Below, one piece after another: positions 27,501 to 37,708 of a stretch of DNA of 64,000 bases (its first letter is position 1; the number at the start of each line of letters is the position of its first letter). Location: positions 1,504,001 to 1,568,000 of the forward strand of contig CAVYTA010000006.1 of the NCBI GenBank assembly GCA_963771355.1, written 5' to 3'. This DNA is from an uncultured Candidatus Rokubacteria bacterium. GTDB lineage: Bacteria; Methylomirabilota; Methylomirabilia; Rokubacteriales; CSP1-6. The translations under genes and the position numbers were made by a program. The notes under the pieces are model-generated. The model saw only the letters and a program-made list of their open reading frames with translations, was not told the origin of the DNA and ran no database searches.

Positions 27501-29071
27501 CTGTCGAGGAGCTGCTTGACCGCGTCGCGCCCGCCCACCGTGGCGCCGGTAGGTACCGCCACCAGCTTCCCGCCCACCGCGCCCGTCACCCGCGCCTTGA
27601 TCTGATTGCGGCCCTGGGTCAAGGTCACCGCCATCTCGGTACGGCCGTCGGCCAGAGCGTAGCTGCCCGAGGCGGCCGCGGTCAAACCCCGGCCCTGATA
27701 GTCGAGATCGTTGCTCGTAACCACCCCGTTGACGATGCGGAAGGTCGCGGTCACCGAGTCGAAATCCAGCGGACGCAGGGGAGCGCCCAGCTTCCCGGAG
27801 TCGGCCAGCGCGCCGATCACACCCGCCACGTTCAGGAGACCGCGCAGGAGGCCGAGCGCCTCACGCCCGACCACGCGGCCCCGGCCGAGGCGCAGCCGGC
27901 CGGCGCCGTTGAGGGTCCGTGTCGGCTCGCCCGCCTGGAGGGTGAAATCTCCGGTGAGGTCGAGCGGGCCCGTCGCCGCGAAGCCCGAGCACAGATAGTC
28001 CACGAGGATGGGGCCCAGCTCCACTCCCTTGACCTCGACCTCCTTGAACGTCACCGGTCGCGTCGCGCCGGTGAGCGCGGTGGACAGGCGCGCCGACACG
28101 CGGCCGCCCGCCGCCTGGGCGGTGAGCGGCGCGCTGTCGAGCTGGCTCAGCTTGAAGGCGACGGGCACGCGGACACCCTCCAGACTCAGCCGCCGGTCCA
28201 CCGGCGGAGGGCACTGGGGACGGCGCTCGCTGAGCGTGAGCCGAGAGGTGGTGAGCTCGCCCTGCGCGAACGGCTGGGTCAGCGTGCCGCCGAGCCGGAG
28301 CCGGCCCGCGACGGAGCCGGCCACGCCGGGCGACGCGAGGAAGGGGCGGGCCAGCGGACCCACGTCGGGAGCGTCGAGGTCCACCACGCCCCGGAGGGGC
28401 GCCTCGCCGAGGGGGCGGCCGGCTCCGAGAGCCAGCGTGGCGTCGCTCAGCTTGAGACGCACCCCGCCCGGCGCCAGCTGCGCGGTGCCCGCGAGGGTCA
28501 GGGTCTCGCCCGACGGTCGCACGGTGACGTCCACCCCCTCGAGGCGCAGGTCGGTGGCCGAGGGTCCCCGGCGCACGTAGTGGATCACGCCGTCCTTGAT
28601 GCGCACCTGGGCGAGGACCGCGGCGGCGCCGGCGGCGGGGGCGGCGGCGCCGGGGGCCCGCGGGGCGGGGCGCGCGCCGGACGTCGACGCGCCGAGACTC
28701 GCGATGTTGAGCCGTCCGCCGTCCTCGATCACCTCGAGCCGCAGCTTCTCGAGGGTGAGGTCCGACAGCTCCACGCGGCCGGTGAAGAGCGGGCGCAGCT
28801 TGATGCCGACGCGGCCCTCCGCGACGGTGAGAAATGGCTGGGTACCGAAGCGCGGGTCCTCGGCGACCTCGAATCCCTTCAGCCGCACCGAGGGCGTGGG
28901 AAACGCGCTGACCGAGAACGAGGCGAAGCGCACCGGCCGGCCCAGTACCTGGCTGGCGGCCTGCGCGATATAGGCCTGGACACGGGGGGCGTCGACCAGC
29001 CAGGGCAGCGCGAGCAGCGCGGCCAGCACCAGCGCGACCAGGCCCGCCACCGCGACGATCAGCCACTTCAG
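27500..29071 (-). CDS. AsmA family protein (3' end approximate; no stop at expected position)
   Basis: N-terminal TM (KWLIVAVAGLVALVLAALL), LGRPV, EDPRFG..PFL, beta-rich body, FDSVTATFRIVNGVV; possible CTG start at 29071 or GTG at 29050. Confidence 0.8.
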
Positions 29072-29151
29072 CGGCGCAGGTCCTTCTTGTCGCCCGTCGA
29101 GCGGTCGGCCACGTGACGCGCCGACCGCTCGAGCAGGGAGACCACGTTCAT
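29068..29151 (-). pseudogene. 27-codon ORF, possible remnant of an acyl-CoA ligase, containing a 13-bp inverted repeat
   Basis: MNVVSLLERSARHVADR-STGDKKDLRR; IR at 29097-29109/29120-29132. Confidence 0.3.
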
Positions 29152-29167
29152 GCGGATCCGAGCGGCG

Positions 29168-30136
29168 CTACGGGATCAGGAGGACCTTGCCCGTCGTCTT
29201 GCGGCCCTCCAGCGCGCGGTGCGCGTCGGCGGCCTTCTCGAGCGGGAAGGTCGTCTCCACCCGTAGATTGAGCTTCCCGTCCCGGATCCAGCCCAGCACG
29301 TCGCCGGAGCGCTGGAGGAGCTCCTCCCGGCTGGCGATGTGGTGGTTGAGGCTGGGCCGCGTCACGAAAAGCGAGCCGCCCGCGTTGAGCCGCTGGAGGT
29401 CGAGCGGCCCCACCGGCCCGCTGGCCGCGCCGTACAGCGCCATGACCCCGCGCGGCCGCAGCGAGTTGAGGCCCTTGTCGAAGGTCGTCGCGCCCACGCC
29501 GTCGTAGATCACGTCCACCCCGCGGCCGCCGGTGATGCGCTTCACCTCGGCCTCGAAATCCTGTGTGGAGTAGAGGATGACGTGATCCGCGCCCGCCTTC
29601 TTGGCGAGGGCGGCCTTCTCCTCGGTGGACACGGTGCCGATGACGGTGGCTCCGAACATCTTCGCCATCTGGGTGAGGAGGAGGCCCATGCCGCCGGCGG
29701 CGGCGTGGACGAGCGCGGTGTCCCCCTTCTTCAGGGGATAGGTCGAGCGCGTGAGGTAGTGCGCGGTCATGCCCTGGAGCATGGCGGCGGCCCCGTCGCG
29801 GAAGGTCAGCTTGTCCGGCAGCTTGACCAGCCGATCGGCAGGCGCCACGTTCACCTGCGCGTAGGAGCCGGGAATGCCGGTATACGCGACGCGATCGCCG
29901 GGCTTGAGGTCGGTGACGCCCGACCCCACCGCGGTCACCGTCCCCGCGGCCTCGAGCCCGGGGGTGAGCGGCAGCGGCGCCTTGTAGGTGCCGCTCCGGA
30001 AATAGACGTCGATGAAGTTGAGCCCGGCGGCCTCGATCTTCACCACCGCCTGCCCCGCTCCCGCGGTGGGCTCGGCGATCTCTTCCAGCTTCATCACCTC
30101 GGGACCGCCCGGTGCATGGACGCGAATCGCCTTCAT
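29168..30136 (-). CDS. qor: NADPH:quinone oxidoreductase
   Basis: GLNFIDVYFRSG, LQGMTAHYL, HAAAGGMG, GSLFVTRPSL, RKTTGK. Confidence 0.95.
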   Translation of the reverse strand: MKAIRVHAPGGPEVMKLEEIAEPTAGAGQAVVKIEAAGLNFIDVYFRSGTYKAPLPLTPGLEAAGTVTAVGSGVTDLKPGDRVAYTGIPGSYAQVNVAPADRLVKLPDKLTFRDGAAAMLQGMTAHYLTRSTYPLKKGDTALVHAAAGGMGLLLTQMAKMFGATVIGTVSTEEKAALAKKAGADHVILYSTQDFEAEVKRITGGRGVDVIYDGVGATTFDKGLNSLRPRGVMALYGAASGPVGPLDLQRLNAGGSLFVTRPSLNHHIASREELLQRSGDVLGWIRDGKLNLRVETTFPLEKAADAHRALEGRKTTGKVLLIP

Positions 30137-30189
30137 GGGGATCGTCTCCTGATTGGAAGGGGGTGACGGGGCCGCGCCTGGTGAGAGGC

Positions 30190-30693
30190 CTAAACCTTGA
30201 GGAGCCCGCGGATCTCCTTCACCACGCCGCTCCGCCAGTCCAGGTAGCGCTCGGCGCGGAGGGCGCGACGGGTCTCCAGCATCTTCTTCTCGATCTCCTC
30301 GGTCTGGACGGGCGGGCGCTCGATGAAGCGCGCCACCTCGTTCATGTTGTCGTCGAAGAAGGCGAAGACGGGAATGGAGCGGTACATGCCCTGGTTGAGG
30401 TACTGGTCCATCAGCTCCTTGTTCTTGTCGCGGAGGAAGATGCGCATCTCGACGTTGGGGTTGCCCTCCACCATCTTGGCCAGCACCGGCACGTTGTAGA
30501 GCGCGTCCCCGCACCAGTCTTCGGTGATCACGAGCACATTCAGCTTCTTGCCGTACTTGTCGAGCGCCTGCTTGTCGGCGGGGTCGATCTTGACGGTGTC
30601 GAGGAACTCGACGAACTTGTCCTTGTTCGTCCCCATCTGCGCGAGGTACTGGTCGATCGTCATGCCCTGCTTGAACTGCTCCTTGGTGACCAT
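30190..30693 (-). CDS. thioredoxin-fold protein (WCGD, single active-site Cys)
   Basis: VITEDWCGDA, FLRD, SIPVF, ERP. Confidence 0.88.
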   Translation of the reverse strand: MVTKEQFKQGMTIDQYLAQMGTNKDKFVEFLDTVKIDPADKQALDKYGKKLNVLVITEDWCGDALYNVPVLAKMVEGNPNVEMRIFLRDKNKELMDQYLNQGMYRSIPVFAFFDDNMNEVARFIERPPVQTEEIEKKMLETRRALRAERYLDWRSGVVKEIRGLLKV

Positions 30694-30710
30694 GAGGCTC
30701 CTCCCCGCTC

Positions 30711-31289
30711 TCAGCGCATGGCCGAGAGGTCAACGGTGAACGTCGAGACTTCCTTCTCGTCGGGATTGCGCACCACCAGCGTGAAGCGGCCCTTGCCGTT
30801 GAGCCCGGCGGCGGGAAACACGTAGAGGCAGCGCGCGGCGTAGCCGCCGTCCTCGGCCCGGAGTGCGGTGCGCTCGTTCTGGACGAAGGACGGCTTGATC
30901 TCGGTCTTGCCGTCGAGGAGCATCGGCGCGTAGAAGCGGGCGAAGTCGGGGCTGCCGCCCTTCAGCGTCACCCACACCGTGAGCTTGCCCCCGGTCTCCT
31001 TGACCGCGGTGTCGATCTCCTTGGGCTTGAGCGGCTCGCCCTTGAAGGCGGCGTTCCGGGCCGCGAGAGCCAGGCGATGGAAGGGCGTCATCACGCTGAG
31101 CGTCTCGCCGGAGGCGTTGCGGGCCCGCCACTCCCCGCCGAAATCCTCGCTCACCACGCTGCGCCGGCCGACGGCGATGGCGTCCTGCCGCTCGCGGTCC
31201 CCGAGGGTGAAGGACGCGGCGGCAGCGGGCTGGCCGATGGTGGGCCAGAGGATGATGCCGAGGGCGAGGAGGATGGCGTAGCGACGCAT
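30711..31289 (-). CDS. exported hypothetical protein
   Basis: Signal peptide MRRYAILLALGIILWPTIGQPAAAA; coding-like codon usage. Confidence 0.75.
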   Translation of the reverse strand: MRRYAILLALGIILWPTIGQPAAAASFTLGDRERQDAIAVGRRSVVSEDFGGEWRARNASGETLSVMTPFHRLALAARNAAFKGEPLKPKEIDTAVKETGGKLTVWVTLKGGSPDFARFYAPMLLDGKTEIKPSFVQNERTALRAEDGGYAARCLYVFPAAGLNGKGRFTLVVRNPDEKEVSTFTVDLSAMR

Positions 31290-31351
31290 GGCTCTACTCA
31301 GGGAGGCACATTGTAGCACGCCGCCGCGGGGCCTCCCCGGACCCCGCCGGG

Positions 31352-32473
31352 CTAGTCCGTCTGCACGCGCGACGGCAGCGCCGCCAGCACCGCCCGCGCC
31401 TCGCGCACGATCTCGCGCACCACCTCGCCGGCGCCGGGGAGATCGTGGATGAGGCCGACGCTCTGCCCCGCGTGCATGGCGTAGTACTCGCCGGTTTCCT
31501 GGCTCAGGGAAGCGGCGTAGACGTCCATCGCCGCGCGCGCCTGGACGAGCGCGGGCAGCACCGGCGCCCCCGACGCCGCGTATTCCGCGTTGAATCGGTT
31601 CACCAGGGTCCGCGCGTAGAGGCCGGTGAACACGTCGGTGACGGTGGTGGTGTCGCTGCCCCGTTCCAGGAGCGCCTTCTTCCAGAACTCCGGGGCGCTG
31701 GACTCGCGCGTGGCGACGAAGCGCGTGCCGAGGAGCACGCCGGACGCGCCCAGCGCGAGCGCCGCCACCAGGCCGCGGCCGTCGGCGATGCCGCCCGCCG
31801 CGATCACCGGCATCCCCACCGCCTCCGCGACCTGCGGCACCAGGGCCATGGTGCCGATGCCGGCCGCCTCGCGATTCTCCCGCTTCACCCACGTGGAGCG
31901 GTGGCCGCCCGCCTCGCTGCCCTGCGCCACCACCACGTCCACGCCCGCGGCGGCCACCTCCCGCGCGTCGTCCACGGTGGCGACCATGGCGATGACCTTG
32001 ACGTCCCGCTCGTGGCAGCGGCGGACCAGGGCGGCGCCGGGGTCGCCGAGGCCGATGCTCCAGACCGGGACGCGCTCCTCCAGGATCACCTCGATGGCGG
32101 CGTCCACGAGATCGGGCGGCCGGGTGAGCGGAGGCGGCGTGGGGGCGAGGCCGAGCTCCGCGCGGAACCGGTTGAGGGTCTCCTGCACCGCCCGCACCGT
32201 CGCCTCGGGGAGCCGCGCGGGGTCGGCGGGCGGGCGGATGTCGCGGTGCAGCCAGAGATTCACCCCGAAGGGACGCCGGGTGAGCGCGCGCACCTTGCGG
32301 ATCCCCTCGCGCACGACGTCGACGGGTTGGTTGAGGGCGGCGAGGATGCCGAGACCGCCCGCCTCGCACACCTCGGCCACGAGCTCGGGGCCGGCCACCG
32401 CGCCCATTCCGGACTGGACGATCGGATACTCGATCTCGAGCAACCCGCACAGCGCCGTACGTAACCGGTCCAT
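31352..32473 (-). CDS. nitronate monooxygenase family flavoprotein
   Basis: PIVQSGMG, QGSEAGGHR, IAAGGIADGRG, LGTRF, AGQSVG. Confidence 0.93.
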   Translation of the reverse strand: MDRLRTALCGLLEIEYPIVQSGMGAVAGPELVAEVCEAGGLGILAALNQPVDVVREGIRKVRALTRRPFGVNLWLHRDIRPPADPARLPEATVRAVQETLNRFRAELGLAPTPPPLTRPPDLVDAAIEVILEERVPVWSIGLGDPGAALVRRCHERDVKVIAMVATVDDAREVAAAGVDVVVAQGSEAGGHRSTWVKRENREAAGIGTMALVPQVAEAVGMPVIAAGGIADGRGLVAALALGASGVLLGTRFVATRESSAPEFWKKALLERGSDTTTVTDVFTGLYARTLVNRFNAEYAASGAPVLPALVQARAAMDVYAASLSQETGEYYAMHAGQSVGLIHDLPGAGEVVREIVREARAVLAALPSRVQTD

Positions 32474-32560
32474 CGGAGCACCTCCGCATCGAGAGTCGCG
32501 CCCGCGCCGATTCTAGCGCAATCGGTTGCGAGGGGTAGGAGGCCGGGCTACGGTAAGAGC

Positions 32561-33116
32561 ATGGCGGCGCGACTCACGGTCCTGCTCGTGGGCCTTCTAC
32601 TGACCGGCTGCGGCTCCGTTTTCCCGAAGGCCAGCCTGGTCGGCGTGAACCGCGCGCTCACCATTCCCGAGCTGCGCCGGGACGCCGATGCCCACCAGGG
32701 CGAGCGCGTGGTGCTGGGCGGCGTCATCCTGGCCACCACCCCCAAGGTCGGCCAGACCGAGATCGAGGTGCTCTCCCGCCCCCTCGGCGAAGCCGACTCA
32801 CCCAGGCGGACCGACCAGTCCGACGGTCGCTTTCTCGTGGTGACGCCCGACTTTCTCGACCCGGCCGTCTATTCGACGGGGCGCCGGGTCTCGGTGCTGG
32901 GAACGGTGACGGGCGGTGAGGAGCGCAAGCTCGGCGAGCTCCCCTACCGATACCCGGTGATCCGCGCCGAGCGCATGTATCTCTGGGCGGAGGACCTGGC
33001 GCTGGGAGGCTATCCGTACTACGGCTACCCCTTGGTCTACGGGCCGCCCGGATTCTACGTGGGCGGGCTACTGGGGCCCTCGCTTCCCGGGGCCCCTTCA
33101 CCCGTTCTGGTGGTAG
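32561..33116 (+). CDS. Slp family outer-membrane lipoprotein (probable frameshift near 33065)
   Basis: Lipobox LLTGC; VLGGVI, SDGRFL, FLDPAVY..GR, Y.YP; +1 frame ends GYWGPRFPGPLHPFWW-stop at 33116. Confidence 0.85.
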
Positions 33117-33120
33117 CGCG

Positions 33121-34434
33121 TCACGGGCGCTTGCCCGTCACCATCACCGTCGAGAACGTGTCCGGGTCCAGGTAGAGCGCCACCACGCGCCGCACGTCGG
33201 CGGCCGTGACTCGCGCGATTCGCTCGCGGTAGCGCTCCGGATAGTCGAGGCCGAGCCCCGCCTCTTCCAGTGAGATCAAGAGTCCCGCGACCTTGGAGGA
33301 GGTGTCCACGCGGAGCGGGTAGCTCCCGATGAGATAGGCCTTGGCGAGCTCCAGCTCCTGCGGCGTCACGTCGTCCCGGCCGAGCCGCCGCATCTCCTCC
33401 CGCACCAGGCGCACCGCCTCGTCCGCGGACTCGTTCCGCGTCTGGAGAGAGACGGTCTGTGAGGCTCCGTGACGCGCGGCGGACAGGCTCGCGTGCACGC
33501 CATAGACGAGGCCATGCTCCTCGCGCACGCGGGAATAGAGCCGCGAGGCCGATCCCCCGCCGAGGATGTAGTTCGCCACCACGAGAGCGGGATAGTCGGG
33601 CGAATCCTGCCGGATGGCGGGACGGCCCAGCAGCACCGTGGTCTGGGTCAGGGGACGGGTGAGGACGCGGGTCTCGGCGGGCGCCACGGGCGGCGCGATC
33701 GGGATCAGGGGCGGCGGCGCGGGCGGCGGCATCCACGCCCCCAGCCGGGCGGCGAGCGCGGCGCGTATCTCCGCGGTGGTCACGTCCCCCACCACCGCGA
33801 TCACCGTCGCGTCCGGACGGTAGCGCTCGCGGTGGAATCGCGCCACCTGGGCGCGATCGAGGGTCGCCACCGTGGTGAGGGTGCCGGACACGGGGCGCGC
33901 GTAAGGATGTCCCGGGTAGAGCAGCGGAGCGAGCGCCCGCCAGGCGACCGATCCCGGGTCCGTCTCCGCGTTCTGGAGCGCGGCCTCGATCTCCGCCACT
34001 TTCCGCCTGAGCTCGGGCTCCGGGAAGGCCGGCTGGGTCAGCACCTCGGCGAGCAGGTCCAGGCCCAGCGCGAGGTCTCGCTTGAGCACGCCCACGGACA
34101 CCGAGGCCCCGTCGCGGCCGCCCCCGCTGCCGAGCGATCCCCCCACGGACTCGATGGCCCGATCGATCTCCGGACCCGAGCGGCGCGCGGTGCCGCGGGT
34201 GAGCAGCTCCGCGGTGAGGTTCGCGAGGCCCAGGGACGCGGGCGGGTCCAGCACGGCGCCCGCGCGCACGTAGGCGGTCATCGCCACGATGGGCAAAGCG
34301 TGCCGCTCGCTCACGAGGAGCACGATGCCGTTGGGCAGGACCTCGCGATCCGCCAGCGGCGGAGCGGCCGCGGCGCCGGAGACCAGGGCGAGGGACAGCA
34401 GCCAGAGGGACACTCGCGCGGCGCGCGTGCTCAT
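33121..34434 (-). CDS. M16 peptidase, non-catalytic subunit
   Basis: Signal peptide; LPNG, GLANLTAELLTRGT (no HxxEH), ILGGGSASRLYSRVREEHGLVY. Confidence 0.9.
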   Translation of the reverse strand: MSTRAARVSLWLLSLALVSGAAAAPPLADREVLPNGIVLLVSERHALPIVAMTAYVRAGAVLDPPASLGLANLTAELLTRGTARRSGPEIDRAIESVGGSLGSGGGRDGASVSVGVLKRDLALGLDLLAEVLTQPAFPEPELRRKVAEIEAALQNAETDPGSVAWRALAPLLYPGHPYARPVSGTLTTVATLDRAQVARFHRERYRPDATVIAVVGDVTTAEIRAALAARLGAWMPPPAPPPLIPIAPPVAPAETRVLTRPLTQTTVLLGRPAIRQDSPDYPALVVANYILGGGSASRLYSRVREEHGLVYGVHASLSAARHGASQTVSLQTRNESADEAVRLVREEMRRLGRDDVTPQELELAKAYLIGSYPLRVDTSSKVAGLLISLEEAGLGLDYPERYRERIARVTAADVRRVVALYLDPDTFSTVMVTGKRP

Positions 34435-34949
34435 GGCTCGAGAGTGAGCCGGAAGCCGCGCACCGTCAATCCCGGCGCCGGCTCGAAGTCCAGCTCGGGC
34501 ACGTGCACGAAGCCCAGCCGCGCGTACAGGCGCATCGCCACCGCCATCATGGGCGTGGTATGCAGGGTCAGCGCGTCCGCCCCCGCCGCCCGCGCCCGGT
34601 GAATGCACGCCTGCATCAGCTCCTCGCCCACGCCGTGCCCACGCTCGGCGGGGTCCACCGCGAGCAAGCGCACCTCCGGCCAGCGCGTGGAGGCGCCGTC
34701 GCCGTCTCGAGCCGGAAAGGCCGCCCCGGCCGGATAGAGCAGCACCGCGCCCACGATCCGGCCCTCGCGCTCGGCCACGAGCTGCGCGGCGGGTGTCACG
34801 TCCGCGAGCGTGCCCGTGATATTGGCGCGATAGGCTTCCCAGAAGGGCGGCGGTAGCTGGGTCGCGTACTGCTGGTACGCCGCCAGGGTCACCGACTCGA
34901 TGGCGGGAACGTCCGCCGGGCGCGCGTCGCGAATCGCGAGCGCGCTCAT
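34431..34949 (-). CDS. GNAT family N-acetyltransferase
   Basis: LLAVDPAERGHGVG, LHTT..M..A.RLYARLGF. Confidence 0.92.
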   Translation of the reverse strand: MSALAIRDARPADVPAIESVTLAAYQQYATQLPPPFWEAYRANITGTLADVTPAAQLVAEREGRIVGAVLLYPAGAAFPARDGDGASTRWPEVRLLAVDPAERGHGVGEELMQACIHRARAAGADALTLHTTPMMAVAMRLYARLGFVHVPELDFEPAPGLTVRGFRLTLEP

Positions 34950-35500
34950 GGCCGGGCGTCCGGGCTCGCGGTACGATCCGCCGCCGGCCAGCGCTGCGGC
35001 GCCGCGGGCAGCACCGTTTGCTTGCCCGTCATCCGCTCCACCGCGATCGCGTACAGCGTGATCTGGTCCAGGCGCGGATAGAAGCCGGCCGGGCGCCGCC
35101 AGGCGGGATCGCCATACTTGGTCATCAGCGCGCCGAAGAACCGCCGCTTGGCCTCCCGCTCCTCCACCACGCGGATGCGGCCGAACACCACCACGCTCCG
35201 ATACTCCACCGAGGTGTCGCACTCGAAGCGCCCGTAGGCGAACACCTCGCCCGGTTCGTCCACCTCGAAGCAGACGCGCGCCTCGTGGTCCACGTTGACG
35301 CGCAGGTGGCCGCGGACCCCCGCGTTGTGGACCCAGATCTCGCCGTCCCTCCAGACGTAGAGGAGCGGCACGATGTACGGCCAGCCATCCGGGCCCACGG
35401 TGGCCAGGCGTCCCGAGAACCCGCGCGCGAGCACCTCGGCGGCGGCGGCCTCCGGCATCGCCTTGTCGGCCCGTCGAATCGGGGCGGAGGGCGTGTCCAC
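34946..35500 (-). CDS. pyridoxamine 5'-phosphate oxidase-like (NimA-type) flavin-binding protein
   Basis: GRLATV..DGWPYIVPL, RVCFEVD, YRSVVVFG, MTGK. Confidence 0.9.
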   Translation of the reverse strand: MDTPSAPIRRADKAMPEAAAAEVLARGFSGRLATVGPDGWPYIVPLLYVWRDGEIWVHNAGVRGHLRVNVDHEARVCFEVDEPGEVFAYGRFECDTSVEYRSVVVFGRIRVVEEREAKRRFFGALMTKYGDPAWRRPAGFYPRLDQITLYAIAVERMTGKQTVLPAAPQRWPAADRTASPDARP

Positions 35501-35501
35501 G

Positions 35502-36314
35502 TCACTGGCCGTCGCGCGCGGCCAGCGCGGCGATCAGGTCCGCCACCGCGTCCACGTGGGTGGCGGTGAGCGCGTGGGTCGCCTGCTCGAGGGTGACGAG
35601 GGAGCCCTGCGGCGCGTGCGACGCGATGGCGCGGCAGATCCGGGTCATGGCCTCGGGGCTGCGCGTCCCGCACACCACCAGCACCGGCATGGGGAGCCGT
35701 CGGAGCGCGTCCGCGGTGTAGCGCTCACGAAACGTCGCGCGGACGTCGCGGACATTGTGCGCGGTATGGGCGACCAGGAACTCCTTCATCGGCGGCGGCA
35801 TGCGCTCGAAGGCGCCGGCGCCGAACCAGTAGTTCGCCATGATGCCCACCGCCTCGCCGTCGCCACCCTCGAAGGCTGCGATGTAGCGGTCGAACTCCGC
35901 CTTGCTCGCGACAAAGGTCTCGGCCTCACCCAGCGCCTCCAGCACGGGAACCGCCACCGGCTCGAAGAGCGCGAGGGCTCGCGGCGTCACGGCGCCCGCC
36001 AGCGCCACGCGGAGTGCGATCACCCCCCCATAGGAGTGCCCGGCGAGCACGCGCGGCGTGCCCACCTCCGCGAGCAGGGCCTCCACCAGGCGCGCCGCGT
36101 AGGCGTTGTCCGGCGGCGCCCCCGCGGGCGCCGCGCTCGTCTCGCCGTAGCCCGGCAGGTTCGGCGCGATCACGCAAAAGCGGTCGGCGAGCCGCTCGGC
36201 CACCCTCAACCAGGCCTTGGACGTGCCCGGCGAGCCGTGAAGAAGAACGACCACGGGTCCCGCTCCATACTGGTCGTAGGCGATGACGTCCGCGCCGGCG
36301 GTGAGGGTCGGCAT
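35502..36314 (-). CDS. alpha/beta hydrolase
   Basis: VLLHG, PNLPGYG, GHSYGG, late His (ATH). Confidence 0.9.
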   Translation of the reverse strand: MPTLTAGADVIAYDQYGAGPVVVLLHGSPGTSKAWLRVAERLADRFCVIAPNLPGYGETSAAPAGAPPDNAYAARLVEALLAEVGTPRVLAGHSYGGVIALRVALAGAVTPRALALFEPVAVPVLEALGEAETFVASKAEFDRYIAAFEGGDGEAVGIMANYWFGAGAFERMPPPMKEFLVAHTAHNVRDVRATFRERYTADALRRLPMPVLVVCGTRSPEAMTRICRAIASHAPQGSLVTLEQATHALTATHVDAVADLIAALAARDGQ

Positions 36315-36322
36315 GCGCGCGA

Positions 36323-37696
36323 CTACCCGCCGGGAACAGGCGGGCCGGCGACGGGCGGGGCGGACTCGGGCAGCAGGATGCCGGTGGTCTTGCGGTCGGG
36401 CGGGAAGTACGCGCGCGCCACCCGCTGGATGTCGGCGGCGGTGACCGCGCGGATGAGGGGCACGAACTCGTCGAGGAGGCGCCACGAGCGCATCAGCTCG
36501 AAGCGGCCGAGCGCGGAGGCGCGCGAATAGATCGAGTCCTGACCCCAGACGAAGGACGCCTCGATCTGGTTCTTGGCCCGCTCGAGCTCCTCCTCCGTCA
36601 CCGGCTCCGTCTTCACCCGCTCGAGCTCCTCCAGCAGCGCGCGCTCCAGGGCCTCGACGCTCACGCCGCGGGCGGGGCGGCCGGACAGCCAGAAGAGGTT
36701 AGGATCGCGCGAGCCATAGGAATAGTCCGCGTCCGCGTCCAGGGCCAGCCGCTGCTCCTGCACGAGCCGACGGTGGAGCCGCGCCGCCCGGCCGCCCGAG
36801 AGCACGGTCTCGAGCACCTCGAGCGCGGGTGCGTCGGCCGACTGGTAGTTGGGCACCAGCCAGGTCAACGCCAGCCCGGGCAACGGGACCGATGGGCTGC
36901 GCAGGGTGACCCGCCGCTCCGCGCGCGCCGGCGGCTCGACGGCGGTCACCGCGGGCGGCTCGGGCCCGCGTGCGATTGCGCCGAACACGGCGCGCACGCG
37001 CTCGAGCAGGGCGGGCGCGGCGAAGTCGCCCACCACCACCAGCACCGCGTTGTTGGGCCGATAGTAGAGATCGTAGAAGGCGCGCAGCTCGACCGGATTG
37101 ATCCGCGCGATGTCCGTCATCCAGCCGATGACCGGCCACTGGTACGGATGCGCGGAGAAGGCGGTGGCCATGAGCTCCTCGGCGAGGAGACCGTCGGGAC
37201 TGTCCTCCGTGCGCATCCGCCGCTCCTCCATCACCACCCGGCGCTCGGAGTCGATCTCCATCGGGTCGAGGAGGAGGTTGCGCATGCGGTCGGCCTCGAG
37301 ACGGAGAATGTCCTCCACCTTGTCGGCGGCGATGTTCACGAAGTAGGTGGTCGAATCCTGGGTGGTGAACGCATTGTCGCGGCCGCCGTTGCCCTCGACG
37401 AGGCGCGCGAACTCCCCCTTGCCGTAGGTGGGCGTGCCCTTGAACATCATGTGCTCGAGGAAGTGGGCGAGCCCGGTGGCGCCCGGTTGCTCGTTGCGCG
37501 AGCCCACGCGGTACCACACCTGCACCGACACGATGGGGCTGCGCCGATCCTCCAGGAGCAGCACGCGGAGACCGTTGTCGAGCGTGGCCTCCAGCACCGG
37601 CGTGGCGGCGCCTCCGGGGACGGCGGCGAGGAGGGCGGCGGCGACCAGCAGGGCCACCGTCGCGACGGCGGCCGGGCGGCGCGACGGGAGCGGCAT
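36323..37696 (-). CDS. M16 (pitrilysin-like) peptidase, catalytic subunit
   Basis: WYRVGSRNE, GLAHFLEHMMFKGT, NAFT, ERRVVMEERR. Confidence 0.95.
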   Translation of the reverse strand: MPLPSRRPAAVATVALLVAAALLAAVPGGAATPVLEATLDNGLRVLLLEDRRSPIVSVQVWYRVGSRNEQPGATGLAHFLEHMMFKGTPTYGKGEFARLVEGNGGRDNAFTTQDSTTYFVNIAADKVEDILRLEADRMRNLLLDPMEIDSERRVVMEERRMRTEDSPDGLLAEELMATAFSAHPYQWPVIGWMTDIARINPVELRAFYDLYYRPNNAVLVVVGDFAAPALLERVRAVFGAIARGPEPPAVTAVEPPARAERRVTLRSPSVPLPGLALTWLVPNYQSADAPALEVLETVLSGGRAARLHRRLVQEQRLALDADADYSYGSRDPNLFWLSGRPARGVSVEALERALLEELERVKTEPVTEEELERAKNQIEASFVWGQDSIYSRASALGRFELMRSWRLLDEFVPLIRAVTAADIQRVARAYFPPDRKTTGILLPESAPPVAGPPVPGG

Positions 37697-37708
37697 GCGC
37701 GGATTATC

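Noticed and set aside
25400..29050. 1216-aa AsmA-citrate synthase fusion
   Set aside because: The middle part is the antisense of a methyltransferase; citrate synthase has its own RBS and start; best explained by a missing stop near 27500.
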